DNA from: the human T2T-CHM13v2.0 reference genome, Homo sapiens
Direction: 5' to 3' (one strand)
NCBI RefSeq assembly: GCF_009914755.1
Contig: NC_060930.1
DNA: 64,000 nt
In this document: positions 41,911 to 56,500 of the stretch, in pieces
Position numbering within the stretch: position 1 is the first letter of the stretch
Layout of the letters: the number at the start of each line of letters is the position of its first letter
Position numbers and translations under genes: made by a program
The notes under the pieces: generated by a model
What the model saw: only the letters and a program-made list of their open reading frames with translations
The model's database searches: none
What the model was told of the DNA's origin: nothing

Positions 41911-42459
41911 TTGTTGAATTTGTATGGATTTTAGTTGATAAGAACAAGAAAAGAAGAAAATGAAGAAAATTAGGAGATGGCTCTCTTTTCACTCAACATG
42001 TATATGTGATATGATCTGAGTTGAGAAACATGTGCCACCAAAAATGGCCTGGCCAACTTCCATACCCTTGTTCTTGGTAGTTATTCTGATTGCCAATCAG
42101 GTATCCATAGCTCCTACCCGTAGTCCATTTGCTATGGGGTAAGGTAACTCAAAGTTCTAGTTGTATGAAGATGCATATGATTTATCTTAGTCTCTTCCCT
42201 TGGGTATAGTTGTTGATTCTGTTATGATCCATACAATTGGAGGAGACATTTTCTGGGAAGTATAAGAAAGAAACCCCCTCTCCCTATTTAGGAAACAACC
42301 TGAGGTGACTCAACCTCATTCCCTGTCTTCCCCTGGATGTGAACAAAGGAATTTTAGGCAGTCATCTTGCAACTACTTAGCATAAAGAATGAATACAGAG
42401 TCAAAAAAAAAGCCCTTTATTACTCCAATAAACTACAGAATCTAACTAACCATATATCC

Positions 42460-42910
42460 TGTGGAAGATGTTGCTACCCAATATCAATTTTTTTCTTCCT
42501 CAGTAATGCAGCTTGACGTTTGATTCTACATTGCCACACAAAATAAGTACCTCATTTCCCAGCCTCCTTTGCAGTAAGGTATGGCCATGTGACTACTTCT
42601 AGCCAGTGACATGCAAAGGAATTATTACATATGTCTTCCTGGAAGTATGGTACCTCAGCGCTGGTGCAATAGCAGCTTTCTTGACCATGGTGCAACTTTG
42701 TAGTTGGAGGTTGTGTGTTGAGGATAGTGGAGCAGAAAGATTGAAGCCTATGTTTTTAGATCATGGGGGCTATCATATGAGCTTTGACCACCTATCCCCC
42801 ACATTTCTTTTATATGAGAGGAATAAATGTCTATTTGTCTACAACCACTGTAGACACTGTGTACTTTGATCTTTTATATTATAGAAAAACCAAACCTAAT
42901 TATGCCTACC
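42460..42910 (+). mobile_element. MLT1J/MLT1I-like MaLR LTR
   Basis: CATTTCCCAGCCTCCTTTGCAGTAAGGTATGGCCATGTGACT...GTGGAGCAGAAAGAT...GAATAAA. Confidence 0.7.
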
Positions 42911-43006
42911 TCTGGTGGTATAGCAATGACCAATACAGACGAGATCCCTGCTATCGGGAGACATCTCTCCTAGTGGAGGGAAAGAGAGATAATAAAGAAA
43001 TAAACA

Positions 43007-43396
<390 letters not shown>

Positions 43397-43592
43397 CTAC
43401 TTTGTGCAGTCAGGGGAGGCCTTCTTGAGAAGCAGACATTAGAGACGTGGCCTGAGGACAACAAGGAGCCGATCACAGGAAGATTTGATCCAGGCACTCT
43501 GGGCTGAGAGAGCAGACAGAACAAAATGGCTGAAATGGAAAGAAAGAATGCTGGTATGTCTGGAATACACTGAGTGACAAAGTGGTAAATAA

Positions 43593-44093
<501 letters not shown>

Positions 44094-47000
44094 TAAATTT
44101 ATATTTTTGTGGATCACTTAGTGGATAAGACAGGTGTAAGAAAATTATTTGCAGTAGTCTAAATGAGAAAGAATGGTAACTTGGAGTAAGATGAGAGTGA
44201 TGGAGATGAAGATGGATATGTGCATTTTTACACAATTAAAGGCATTGGGTAAATGGAAAGGATATTATAATAGTCAATTAACCTTGTAGCATTGTTTTTT
44301 TTTTTTATCTTATTGTAAGTCATTACTACTCTTTGTCTTTATCCAGCAGAAAGCAGGACCTAGAGGGAATGGAAGAATGATGGATAAACAGTGACAGGTG
44401 GATAAAAAAGGTCAGAGAATAAGATTGTGTGAGAAAACTCAGGGCACCTAAAAAACATTCTGAGGATGCTGAGCAAATGAAACAATGATGGGAGCACCCC
44501 AAAGCGTTTTATGACTGGGTAGGAAAAGGACAAAGCAGAAAGTAATGGAGAACATGCAGGAATGGTAATTTGTTCACCTCAAAATCTTAACCAAGCTCTT
44601 CATGTAGAAAATACTTTAGCTAATAAGATGAACGTTTGAAGAAAAGGATCTTCCATTACTTGCTGTAAAGTAGTAAAACCCTCATTGTTTTAAAGGAAAT
44701 TACTCATGTACTTTTATTTTTCTTTTTTTAAGATAATTTTTAAAAAATAATTTCAACTTTTATTTTAGATTCAGAGGTACTTGTTCAGGCTTGTTACCTG
44801 GGGATATTACATGCTGCTGAGGTTTGGGGAATGATTGATCCTGTCTCCCAGGTACTAAGCATAGTACTCAATAGTTGGTTTTTCAGCACTTGCATCCCTC
44901 TCTTCCTCCTCCCTCTAGTAGTCCCCATTGTCTATTATTGCCATTTATGTTCCTGAGTACCCAATGTTTTGTTCCCACTTATGAGTGAAAACCTGCAGTA
45001 TTTGGTTCCCTGTTCCTGCATGAATTTGATTGGGATAATGGCCTTCAGCTACATTCACGTTGCTGCAAAGACCATGACTTCATTTCTTTTTGTGGCAGAA
45101 TAGTATTCCATGGTGTATGCATATGACATTTTTTATACAATCCACTGTTAATGGGACCTGGGTTGATTCCATGTCTTTGCTATTGTAAATAGTGCTGCAA
45201 TGCACATATAAGTTCATGTGTCTTTTTGGTAGAACAATTTATTTTCCTTTGGGTATATACCCCACAATGGGATTGCTGGGTCAGATGATTGTTCTGTTTT
45301 AAGTTCTCAGAGAAATCTGAAAACTGCTTTCCACAGTAGCTGAACTAATTTACCTAATTTACATTCCCACCACAGTGTACAAGCATTCTCTTTTCTCCAT
45401 AGACTCACCAACATCTGTTGTTTTTTGACTTTTTAATAATAGCTATTCTGACTGGCGTCAGATGGTATCTCATTGTGATTTTGATTTGCAGCTCTCTGTT
45501 CATAAGTGATGTGGAGAATTTTTCACTTTTTTGACCACTTGTGTGTCGTGTCTTCTTTTGAAAAGTATCTGTTCAACTGTCTTTTGCCCATTTCTTAAAG
45601 GACTTATTTGTTTTTTGCTTGTTGAATTAAGATCCTTATAGATTCTCGATGTTAGACCCTTGTCACATGCATACTTTGTGAGTATTTTTTTTCCATTCTG
45701 TAGGTTGTCTGTTTACACTGTTGGTAGTTTCTACTGCTATGCAGAAGCTCTTTAATTTAATTAGAACTCACTTGTCAGTTTTTGGGTTTTTTTTGTTGCA
45801 ATTGTTTTTGAGGACTTTGTCATAAATTCTTTCCCAAGTTTGATGTCCAGAATTAACTCAATATGGGTTAAACATTTAAATATAAGAGCTCAAACTATAA
45901 GACTTCTAGAAGAATTTAGGTCTTACATGTAAGTGTTTAACCCATCTTGAGTCGATTTTTGTATATGGTGAAATGTAGTGGTCCAGTTTCATTCTTCTGC
46001 ATATGGCTAACCAGCCATCCCAGCACTATTTATTGAATAGGGAGTCCTTTTCTCATTGCTTATTTTTGTCAACTTTGTTGTAAATCAGATGGCTGCAGGT
46101 GTGCAGCTTTATTTCTGGGTTCTCTATTTTGTTCCATTGGTGTATGTGTCTGTTTTTGTACAAGTGCCATGCTGTTTTGGTTACTGTAGCCTTATAGTAG
46201 TACAGTGTGAAGTCAGGTAATGTGATGCCTCTGGCTTTGTTTTTTCCTTAGGATTGCTTCGAGTATTCAGGCTCTTCTTTGGTTTCATATGACTTTTTGA
46301 ATATTTTTTCTAGTTATTTGAAAAACTATTTGGTACCTTGATAGGAATATCATTGAATTCGTAGATTGCCTTAAGCAGTATGGCCATTATAGTGATATTG
46401 ACTGCCAATTCATGAGCAAGGAATGTTTTTTCCATTTGTTTGTGTCAGCTATGATTTCTTTCAGCAGTGGTTTGTGGTTTTCCTTGTAGAGATCTTTCAC
46501 CTCCTTGGTTAGATGTATTCCTAGGTATTTTATTTTGCAGCTATTGTAAATGGGATTGCATTCTTGATTTGGTTCTTAACATGGCAATACAAGTTATTGG
46601 TGTATAGAAATGCTATTGATTTTGGTACATTGATTTTGTATCTAGAAACTTTACTGAAGTTGTTTATCAGTTCCCAGAGACTTTTGGCAGAGTCTTTAGG
46701 GTTTCCTAACTCTAAAATTATATCATCAACAAAGAGAGAGTTGACTTCTTCTTTTTCTATTTGGATGCCTTTTATTTTTTTCTTCTCCCTGATTTATCCA
46801 GCAAGTACTTCCAGCACTATGTTGTATAGGAGTGGTGAGAGTGGGCATCCTTATCTTGTTCCATTTCTCAAGAAGGATGCTTCTACATTCTGCACATTCA
46901 GTATGATGTTAGCTGCAAGTTTATCATGTGTTGCTGTTATTATTTTGAGGTATGTTCCTATGATGTCTAGTTTCTTCAGAGCTTTGATCATAAAGGGATG

Positions 47001-47915
47001 TTAGATTTTATCAAGAGCTTTCCCATGTCTATTGAGATGATTATATGGTTCTTGTTTTTAATTATGTTTATGTGATGAATCTCATGTATTGATTTGCGTA
47101 TGGTAAGCCAACCTTGCATCCCAGGAATGAAGCCTACTTGATCATGATGAATTAACTTTTTGATGTGCTTCTAATTCAGTTTGCTAGTAATTTGAGAATT
47201 TTTGTGTGTGTGTCCATGTTCATCAGGGATAGTGGCCTGCTGTGTGGTGTCTTTGCCAGCTTTGGTGTCAGGGTGATGCTGGCTTTGTAGAATGATTTAT
47301 GGAGGAGTCCTTCCTCCTTGATTTTTTGCAATAATTTTAGTAGAATTGTTGCCAGCTCTTCTTTGAACATTGGTAGAATTCAGTGGTGAATCCATCTGGT
47401 CTGCAGCTTTTTCATCACGTTAGTTAAGTTTATTATTACTGATTTAATTTCAGAACTCAATATTGATCTGCTCAGGGTTTCAATTTCTTCCCAATTCAAT
47501 CTAGGGACATTGTATGCTTCTAGGAATTTATCTATTTCCTCTAGATTTTCTAGTTTGTCTGCATATAGGTATTCATAATAGTCTTTCAGGATTTTCTGTA
47601 TTTCTGTGGAATTGGTTGTATAGTCACTTTCGTCATTTCTGATTGTGCTTATTTAGATATTCTCTCTTTCTTTCTAACTTAGCTAGCAATCTGTCGATCT
47701 TGTTTATCCTGTCAAAGAACCATTTTTGGTTTTGTTGATTTGTTGTATAGATTTTTGGGTCTCAGTTTTGTTCAGTCCTGCTCTGATTTTCGTTATTTCT
47801 TTTCTTCTAGGTTTGGGGTTAGTTTTTTCTTGTTTTTCTAGTTCTTCTGGCTGTGATGTTAGATTACTCATTTGAAATCTTTTTAACTTCTTGAGATAAG
47901 TGTTTGGTGCTGTAA

Positions 47916-48293
<378 letters not shown>

Positions 48294-50829
48294 TATTTCA
48301 AAGACTTTTTGCTTATTTCTGCCTTAAGTTTGTTGTTTACCCAAAAGTCATTCAGGACCAAGTTGTTTAATTTCCATATAATAGTGTGTTTTTGAAATAA
48401 CTTCTTGGTATTGGTTTTCATTTTTATTCTACCATGGTCTGACAGTATGATTGATATGATTTCAATTTATTTATTTATTTATTGAGACTCACCTTGTGGC
48501 CAAGCATGTGGCCAATCTTGGAATATGGTCCATGTGCAGATGAGGAAAATGTATATTCTCTGGCTCATGGGTGGAGTATTCCATAGATATCTATTAGCTC
48601 CAATTGGTCAAGTGTCAGAGTTTAGTCCAGAATTTCTTTGTTAGTTTTCCTTCTCAAGGATCTGTCTAATGCTGTCAGTAGGATGTTGAAGTCCCCTGCT
48701 GTTATTTTATGGCTGTCTTTTCACAGGTCTAGAAGTACTTGTTTTATGAATCTGGGTGCTCCAATGTGGTATGCATATATACTTGGAATATATGCATCTT
48801 TTGTTGAACTGAACCCTTTATCATGATGTAATGCCCTTATTTGTCCTTTTTTACTTTGGTTGGTTTAAAGTCTTTTTTATCTGATATAATAATAGTGACC
48901 CCTGCTTCTTCTTTGTGTTCAGTTTTGCATGATAGATCTTTCTCCAACCCTTTACTTTGAGGTTATGAATGACATTACATTACAGGTGTGATGGGTCTCT
49001 TGAAGACAGTAGACAAATGGTTCTTGGTTTTTTTGTTTGTTTGTTTTATTTTTTAATCCAACTTGCCACTCTGTGCCTTTTATGAGGGACAATTAGACTA
49101 TTTACATTCAAAGTTAATATTGACATGTGAGGTCTCAACCTATCATGAACTTGTTAGCTGTTTGCTTTGTGGTTTCTATTGCTTTATAGGGCCTATGAGT
49201 TATGTATTTAAATGTATTTTTGTGGTAGCAGGTATCATTCTTTCATTTCCATGTTTAGAACTCCCTTAAGGATTTCTCATAAGTTTGGTCTGACAGTAAT
49301 AAATTCCCTTAGCACTTGTTTGCCTCAAAAAAATTTGTTTCTCCCTTACTTATGAAGCTTAGTTTGGCAGGATATGAAATTATTAGTTGGAATTTCTTTT
49401 ATTTAAGAATACTGAAAATAGTCCCTCAGTCTCTATTGGTTTATAAGGTTTCATCTGACAAGTCTAGAGCCTAATGAGATTTCCTTTGTAAGTGATCTGA
49501 CCTTTTCTCTAAGTGCCTTTGAGATTTTTTCTTTATTGTTGATCTTAGATAGCCTGGTGACTATATCCTTTGTTGATGTCTGTTTTATATAGTATCTCAC
49601 GGGTGTTCTCTGGATTTGTCGTAACTGGATGTCTACCTCTTAAGCAAGATTAAGGAAATCTTCTTGAATTGTTATGTCAAGTATGTATTCCAGGTTGTTT
49701 TCTTTTTCTCTGTCTCTCTCAAGAATGCCAGTAATTTGTATGTTTGGTCACTTTACATAATCCAATATTTCTCAAAGAAATTCATTTTTTAAATGTTTTT
49801 TTAAATGAATTCCTCAAAGAATTTCATTTTTAAAAAAATTATTTTCTCTATTTTTATCTGACTGGTTTAGTTTGAAAGACTGGTCTTCAAGCTCTGAAAT
49901 TATTTCTTCTGCTTGGCCCAGTCTATTGATAAAGCTTTCAATTGCATTTTGAAAATTTTTAAGTGAGTTTTTGTATTCTAAAAGCTCTGACTGATTTCTT
50001 TTTAAGGTGTGTATCCCTTCTCCATTTCGTAGATTGCTTGAAAAGTTTCTTTATGTAGATTTTCAACCTTGTCTTGGATCTCATTGAGCTTCCTTACAAT
50101 CCTTGCTTTGAAATTTTAATCTGTCATTTGAATTTTCATTTTGGTTAGGGACCATTGCTGGAGAGCTCATGTGATCCTTTGCTGGCATCACTACATTCAG
50201 ATTTTTCATGGTGCCAGAATTCTTGAACTTGTTTCTTCTCATCTAGAGATGCTGACACTTAGCTTTTGTAATTTTCTCATGTGGTAGCACTTTTTTTTCT
50301 AGATAATATTATTGCTTGTTTCTTCTTTCCCTTTCATTCCTTCCCTGGGGTGTGTGGCTGTAGAGAATGCTGGGTAAGGTTTTTTGGCTTGGCTTCTGTA
50401 GCCCTATGTACTTCTGTCAGCAGGTTTTATATTGGACTGTGCAGTTTGACTTACAAGCCAGTAGGTGACACTTATGGGTAAGAGCTGTCTGTGGCCTGTA
50501 ATGACTAGGCATGTACTTGATCCTTGTTTACTTGGAGAACCTCTCTGTTGCCTAGGGCAATGGGCTGATTCATGAAGTGCACTGTGGTCTGAGCTCTCTC
50601 CTCAGCTTCTGGGTGCAGGAGCCAGATGGGCAGGGCCAGACTGGGCATGTCCACCTGCAGGTCCCCCAGTGGCAGGCAAAAGCACCAATACTGAGGGACT
50701 ATCCAGTGGATGGCTATTAAGCATCCAGAGGTGTGGCAAGGCATGGAGCTGGGAAACCTCCTTGGCCCTGAGTTTTCTGTATGAGAATGGGAGCAACCTA
50801 AACTCCTAATTCAGAAAGCAGCTGCTTCA

Positions 50830-51220
50830 GGTGCCTGGAGATCTGCCTGGGTGTGGCGTAGAGCAGTCCCTTCTACATTAGGATCCCTGCACATGAATGG
50901 TGGGGTGGCTCAGACTATCAGTTTGGGCAAACAGGTGCTTTGAATGGTTGGAGATCTGCCTGGGCATGGAGCAGAAAGGGCCTTCTTGCACCACAATCTA
51001 TGCAAAGGAAGTGTGGGGCAGTTTAGGCTGCTGATGCAGGTGAATGGGCAATCAAAATGCCTAGAGAATCTGTCTAGGTGTGGAGTGAAGACGTCTTCAC
51101 TGTACAACAATCTGTGTCTAGGAAGGGTGGGGCAGCTCAGGCTGCTTAACCAGTTGAGTTAGTGCTCTGAATGCCTGGAGATCTGCCTAGGAATGGAGTA
51201 GAGAGAGCCCTGCTCCATCA
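50830..51220 (-). repeat. About four ~113-bp monomer repeats in the L1PA16 5'UTR
   Basis: GCCTGGAGATCTGCCTGGG-like motif recurs near 50833, 50949, 51059 and 51173. Confidence 0.75.
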
Positions 51221-52941
51221 TTATCTCAGGAGAGCAGGCTGGGGCAGGCAACAATGACATACACAGACCAGTTCCAGGTTGCCAAGCTGGCCGTAGCTGC
51301 AAGTCTTAGTCCAGGAGAAACTGCAGTTGTAGCAGCTCTCCTTCTGCCTCAGGCCTGCAATGGGGAGAGCATAATTGTAACACCTACTGCTGAGCTGCTT
51401 TCCACAGTTCTGGCTGTGGAGGCCCCTACCCGACTCCAGAGTACGTACTCCATTTCTGGCCAAAGACTAAAATGCCTGCATGACCAGCCTGCTGGATCAC
51501 CACAGAATGGCTGATTTTGTATGCCCCGGGATTAAAAATGGCGTCCTGCTCTTGCTCCTGGTTCTGGGAAAATCCCAGCAGCTTTTCCTGGTGTCTTTCC
51601 CTCACAGAGTACCCAAGCCTCTCTGCAAGTCAACTCCAGAGCTTGGGAGAAAAGAAAACGTACTCCCTCAGCCTACTGGGTTGCTCAGATCCCCAGGAGA
51701 AAAGTGAGTCACAGAGGGCTCTCTGTCTGTCTCACATACTGGGGCTTCACTCACTTTTATCAACTGGACGCCATCACAGGGGCTGTTTGCCTGCATCCTC
51801 CTCCTGAGATGTGGGGTGTCCTTTATGATTCTGGTGAATTCCAATTTTCCTTATTGAAATACAGCTCATAGAGTTTCTCTTTATGCACTATCTTTCTATT
51901 TCTAAGGGCTGAAGCATGCCTCTAATCACTATCTTGAAAAAAAAAATGTGTTAATGTTTTAATCATGATCTATGTCCATCACATTTACTTTTCCTCATAA
52001 TATTCTTATTTTTTTAAAAAAATACATTATTCCAGTCAGACAGGTTGAATTCATAACTCATTTTTTTGTTTAAATTTCATTTTTAAAACCTATAAATGCA
52101 CGATATATGCATTATAAAAACATCTGAGACGGTAAGACATATAGAATTGGAAATACTTATAATTATATTACCTAGAAGCTAAATTATCTTTGAATTTTTT
52201 GGAGGCTTTTATACATTAATATCATTTTTAAATGGTTTTTGCTTCTTGCATATACATTATCAAATAAACATAAATGTAAACAACATTCAGTTTCTTCTTT
52301 CCACCTTTTGCCTAGAATGTTGTCTTCTTAAGCTTTGCTTCGTCAATGATTACTATCTGCAAAAACATTTTAAACTATTTGGAAACTGCTTTTATGTAGC
52401 CATAAATATATTCTCCTTTCTTTGAAAGTTCATAGTACTATATTTGTACTTCTATTTTACTTACCTTATTTCATTTTTTTACTATAATCATTTAGTCAAC
52501 TAGATTTTTTATAATCAACTAGGTTAATAATTTCTTGTGTTTGGGGATAATCTTAGTTAGCATTGTTTCCAATAACACCTAAAGAAGATACTCAATAAAC
52601 AAGTAAATTGTATGACATTCAGTAGTTCCAATGAGAGGACCTTTATGACAGTTGTTCATCGCAAAAATTGGCTCACCAGATTTCCCAACCTCAGGACTTT
52701 TGACTTGGAAATATGGCCAAAAAAATCATTTATTTGGCAACAAAGACTGAAAATGGAAGGATGCACAGGCACACAGATGCACCCATGAGACAGGAGAGGA
52801 TCTTATGACACACGTATAAAACTGGGTTATGAGTGATGCAAAAATCATAAGTAAACATAAACTATGGCATAGAGAAAAATTGCAGAGTAGAGTATGAAGA
52901 AACCAGTTAGTAATGGAAAGATAATCGTAGAGTTACATAAA

Positions 52942-53069
52942 CAAAATCTCACAAATCACCACTAAAGAACTTACTCATGTAATCAAACACCACTTGTTCC
53001 CCAGAAACCTATGGAAGTAAAAAAATGAAATAAAATAAAAATAAAACAACAACAAGAAAAAAAAAAAAA
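52942..53069 (+). mobile_element. Very short L1PB1-like 3' end with A-tail
   Basis: CAAAATCTCACAAATCACCACTAAAGAACTTACTCATGTAATCAAACACCACTTGTTCCCC, then an A-rich tail. Confidence 0.85.
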
Positions 53070-53360
53070 CAGAAGGCTAGTTAAGGTATCCTAAACTAAG
53101 ATGCTACTTCTGAGGAACCTAGAGCTGCATTGGATTCTGAATCACTGACTTCTGAGTTGTCATTCAGTGATGGTCTTAATTTTTGATTATTTGTTCTGTT
53201 CTTCCCACTTGGCCTGAGACTCTAATCTTTGCTGAGAATTATTTTTTCCCTTATTTTTTTTCATCACTGCCATTATTTCTGCATTACTTGAGGCAAATTG
53301 AGTGAGTCCCGTTCCCTTAAAATTGAAAACACCTATCATAGAAGTAAATTGGATATAACG

Positions 53361-53569
53361 ATTGGTAAGCTGGTAAATGTTAACAATAGACTCTCAAAAG
53401 GAAAAAGGCCCTAATTTGTAGCATTTGTCAATTTCCATGGTGTAAATATTCCTACCATGGCTGGTTTCAGGCTATCATCGTAACATTGCTGAACAATAAA
53501 AAACTGGGGAGAGATATATGCACAGTTGATTCTTGTGAGCCTTTATGAGCAGACTCCAGTATACCACTG
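53361..53569 (-). mobile_element. MER63A (hAT-Blackjack MITE)
   Basis: GCTGGTAAATGTTAACAA...TTTGTAGCATTTG...CCATGGTGTAAATATTCCTACCATGG...CTCCAGTATACCACTG. Confidence 0.85.
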
Positions 53570-56500
53570 GATGAAATATTAAAACCAAGCATGTCAATCT
53601 TGTTTTTTTAACCTTTCCTCATAAAATTGAATAACTACTTTCTGAGTTATTACTTTTAAAATATGGCACTACTGTCACATGGATGTTACCCCTTACACAC
53701 ATTCTGCTGTTCTATGCCAACGAAGCAATTTATAGGACAGTTTAATTCCCTTTTATATTTTGGAGGATATACATTATTTAATTTTTACATTTTTTTCTAA
53801 TATATGCACTCTACTTTTCACCATAGTTTTGGTTAAATTTGAAATTTCTTAGTGTATTTTGAATTGTCATATTATAAAAGCTGCTTTACTTCCTTTCAAA
53901 TTGGAAGCCTTCAAATGAAATGGTAAAATCTATAAGTACTTCAATGACTTAAAATTGCCCTGCACTATACAAAGTGATTTGAAATTTTTGTGGTACTTTC
54001 CCTTTTGTTATAAGTGCCTCTTTTTATAAGTAGTGAAGACTGTAAACTTCCAAAGTAGAAATAATTTAAAATTATTGGAGTGCTTCAGGTTTTTAGGAGA
54101 ACTTCATTCTTTCAAATTGGAATTCCAATTTCTGAAGTGCTCCAGTAACTTTAAATTGCTAAATGCTCTAGACTGAAGATTCTGGTACAGAGGTCCTTAC
54201 CAAAGTACTTATAAAGCATTAAAAATCCTTGAACTAATTCTCAGAACACATGGCCAGATTATTGATTTCATTTTTTTTGAATCTTCAGTGAAGAACAAAC
54301 TTAAATGATATATGTAAAAAATAAAAGTAAATCCATATGTTAACCTTAAATTACAAATTACATCTTTAAATTTTAACTTCTCTCAGATATGTAAGTTGAT
54401 ATCAGACTTTCTAAAACACTACAGGCTTGAAAAGATATGAATGTAAATTAATTTCATTGACATGAACAAACTCATTTTTATGGAAGAAAACACTCCAGTA
54501 TCATGCTCTGTGTTTCCGGGACATGGACAATGCAAATAAATTAGTGTGTCCTTAATCTTCCTTGCATTATAATTATTATTATGGAAAGTTAACTAATACA
54601 GTAGTTTTATTCAAGCTGAAATAAAATAAAGTTCACAAAAACTCAAGTGTGATAACTTAAAACATGTTAGGATATGTAAACAAATGAGAGGGTAAAAAAT
54701 TTTTAACTTTTATAACTCAAATAACAAGGCTGGTGGCCATGACATTTTATGTTTGTCTATCCAAAAAAGAAATGGATACATCAATTTTATGGCACCTTCA
54801 TCTCGTCATAGCTGTAGCAAGTCATAATTGAAATCACTGACTCTTTATAGGCCCATCCATTACAATAAACAACAAAAAGTGTCCCCATCAGCTGGCTTCT
54901 AATGTCATTCCCATCATTTGGTACACAGGTGCCACAGAAATCAGACAAATGGGTGTGATAGTTAGCCTTTTCTCATATGACTTGAGAAAACATGCAAGTG
55001 CAGTTTTTCTTCCCTCCAACGCTAATAAAAGTCAAACCACCAACATAATGGCTGCCAACAACAAAGAAATAAGAAACAAAAAATAACTTAAAAGAAAAAG
55101 ACCTAGGCAGAATATATCACTAATATGTACATGTACCTTGGTTGTACATGAAGTTTTATAATTTTCTGTGACATAAAATTTATCATCCTAAAACATGTAT
55201 AAAATCCAAAAGCAGAATTATTTTTATTTTTACAATTATAAACTAGCTTAGCATTATTGCCCTACTGGAGAAATTGGACTTTTTAGAGATATTTTATTTT
55301 ATTAGTGTTTTCAAAAGAGCAGGTGGCACATGGATCTCTGGAAAAAATAAAAGATACTTTCATATGAGCCCAAAAGAAAACCTCCTAAGGGAAAGGAAAA
55401 TAAGGTAAATAAAAATGCTCTGAAAAAATATCCTTGGGGCAGAACAGTATCCTTTATGGGGCAGATTTGTTAGTGGAAAATAATGTGCCACAAAACTTAC
55501 TTGCCGATTACTTGAGCATTCATTTTTTAAATGTCTGATTTGAAGATTTGAATCATTTTCTTCAAATGCAATAGAGTGAAGGGAAATTCTCTCTATGACA
55601 GTGATTGCTTTAAATTAAGCACAAGAGGCCATCCGTGCATTAGACACACATAGAATTAGACTTATCAAAGAGTTCACATCCTTAATTCATTATATTTTAA
55701 TATTACATAAATTCTTCTATAATTTCTAAACTAGGATTAGCCTTCAAATTGCCTCTCTACAAGAAAATATCTTACGTTTTGTAGGAACAAGGGAAATAAG
55801 TATAACTTCAGGTGTTTTGAGTTTAATGAAAATTCAAAAACCTATACTAGTACTGTACCTATATCCTGCCTCCATCTAACTCTCATATTGAAAAAAATGC
55901 AGGTGACCTAGCTGAAACAGAGAAGAGTACAGCATAAAAACTCTCCTTGTAAATTTACAAAGTCTTATTTACTGATCTATTGATTAACAATTTTGGCCTT
56001 CACTTCTTTGGCCATTAGGCTGCTAAGAGAGTATATAAACCCTCCCACATCTTTCATGAAAGAAAAATGACTGTGTAACTGAAACACCAGATTAGAGCAG
56101 AGCCAGGAACATTTTCAGCACAGAACAGAACATGGCGTATTGGTACAAGTATCAGAGTACTCTTTCTTAGAATTTCTGTTTTCATTTTATCTACCACTAT
56201 TCGTACTGTATGCCCTCTGAAGAATGAAATGAACTTTTTAAAGGACTACGTTCATTCTTATCACTTCTTTTTTAAGGAATACACATTGATCTTATTTCAC
56301 CAGGCTCTATTTAGGTCTTGATTCATGTAATTGAAGAAAATAAAATATGTGTATGCACCTTATCTTTCAAAGGCAGGACATACTTATCATTGACTTTTAA
56401 GTTGCAAAGTATACATGATGACTTCTGTATGTTATGAGAAGCAATTAACATATTGTGAATTCCCAAACATTAAATGACAGCTTCGCATAAGAATCTGGTA

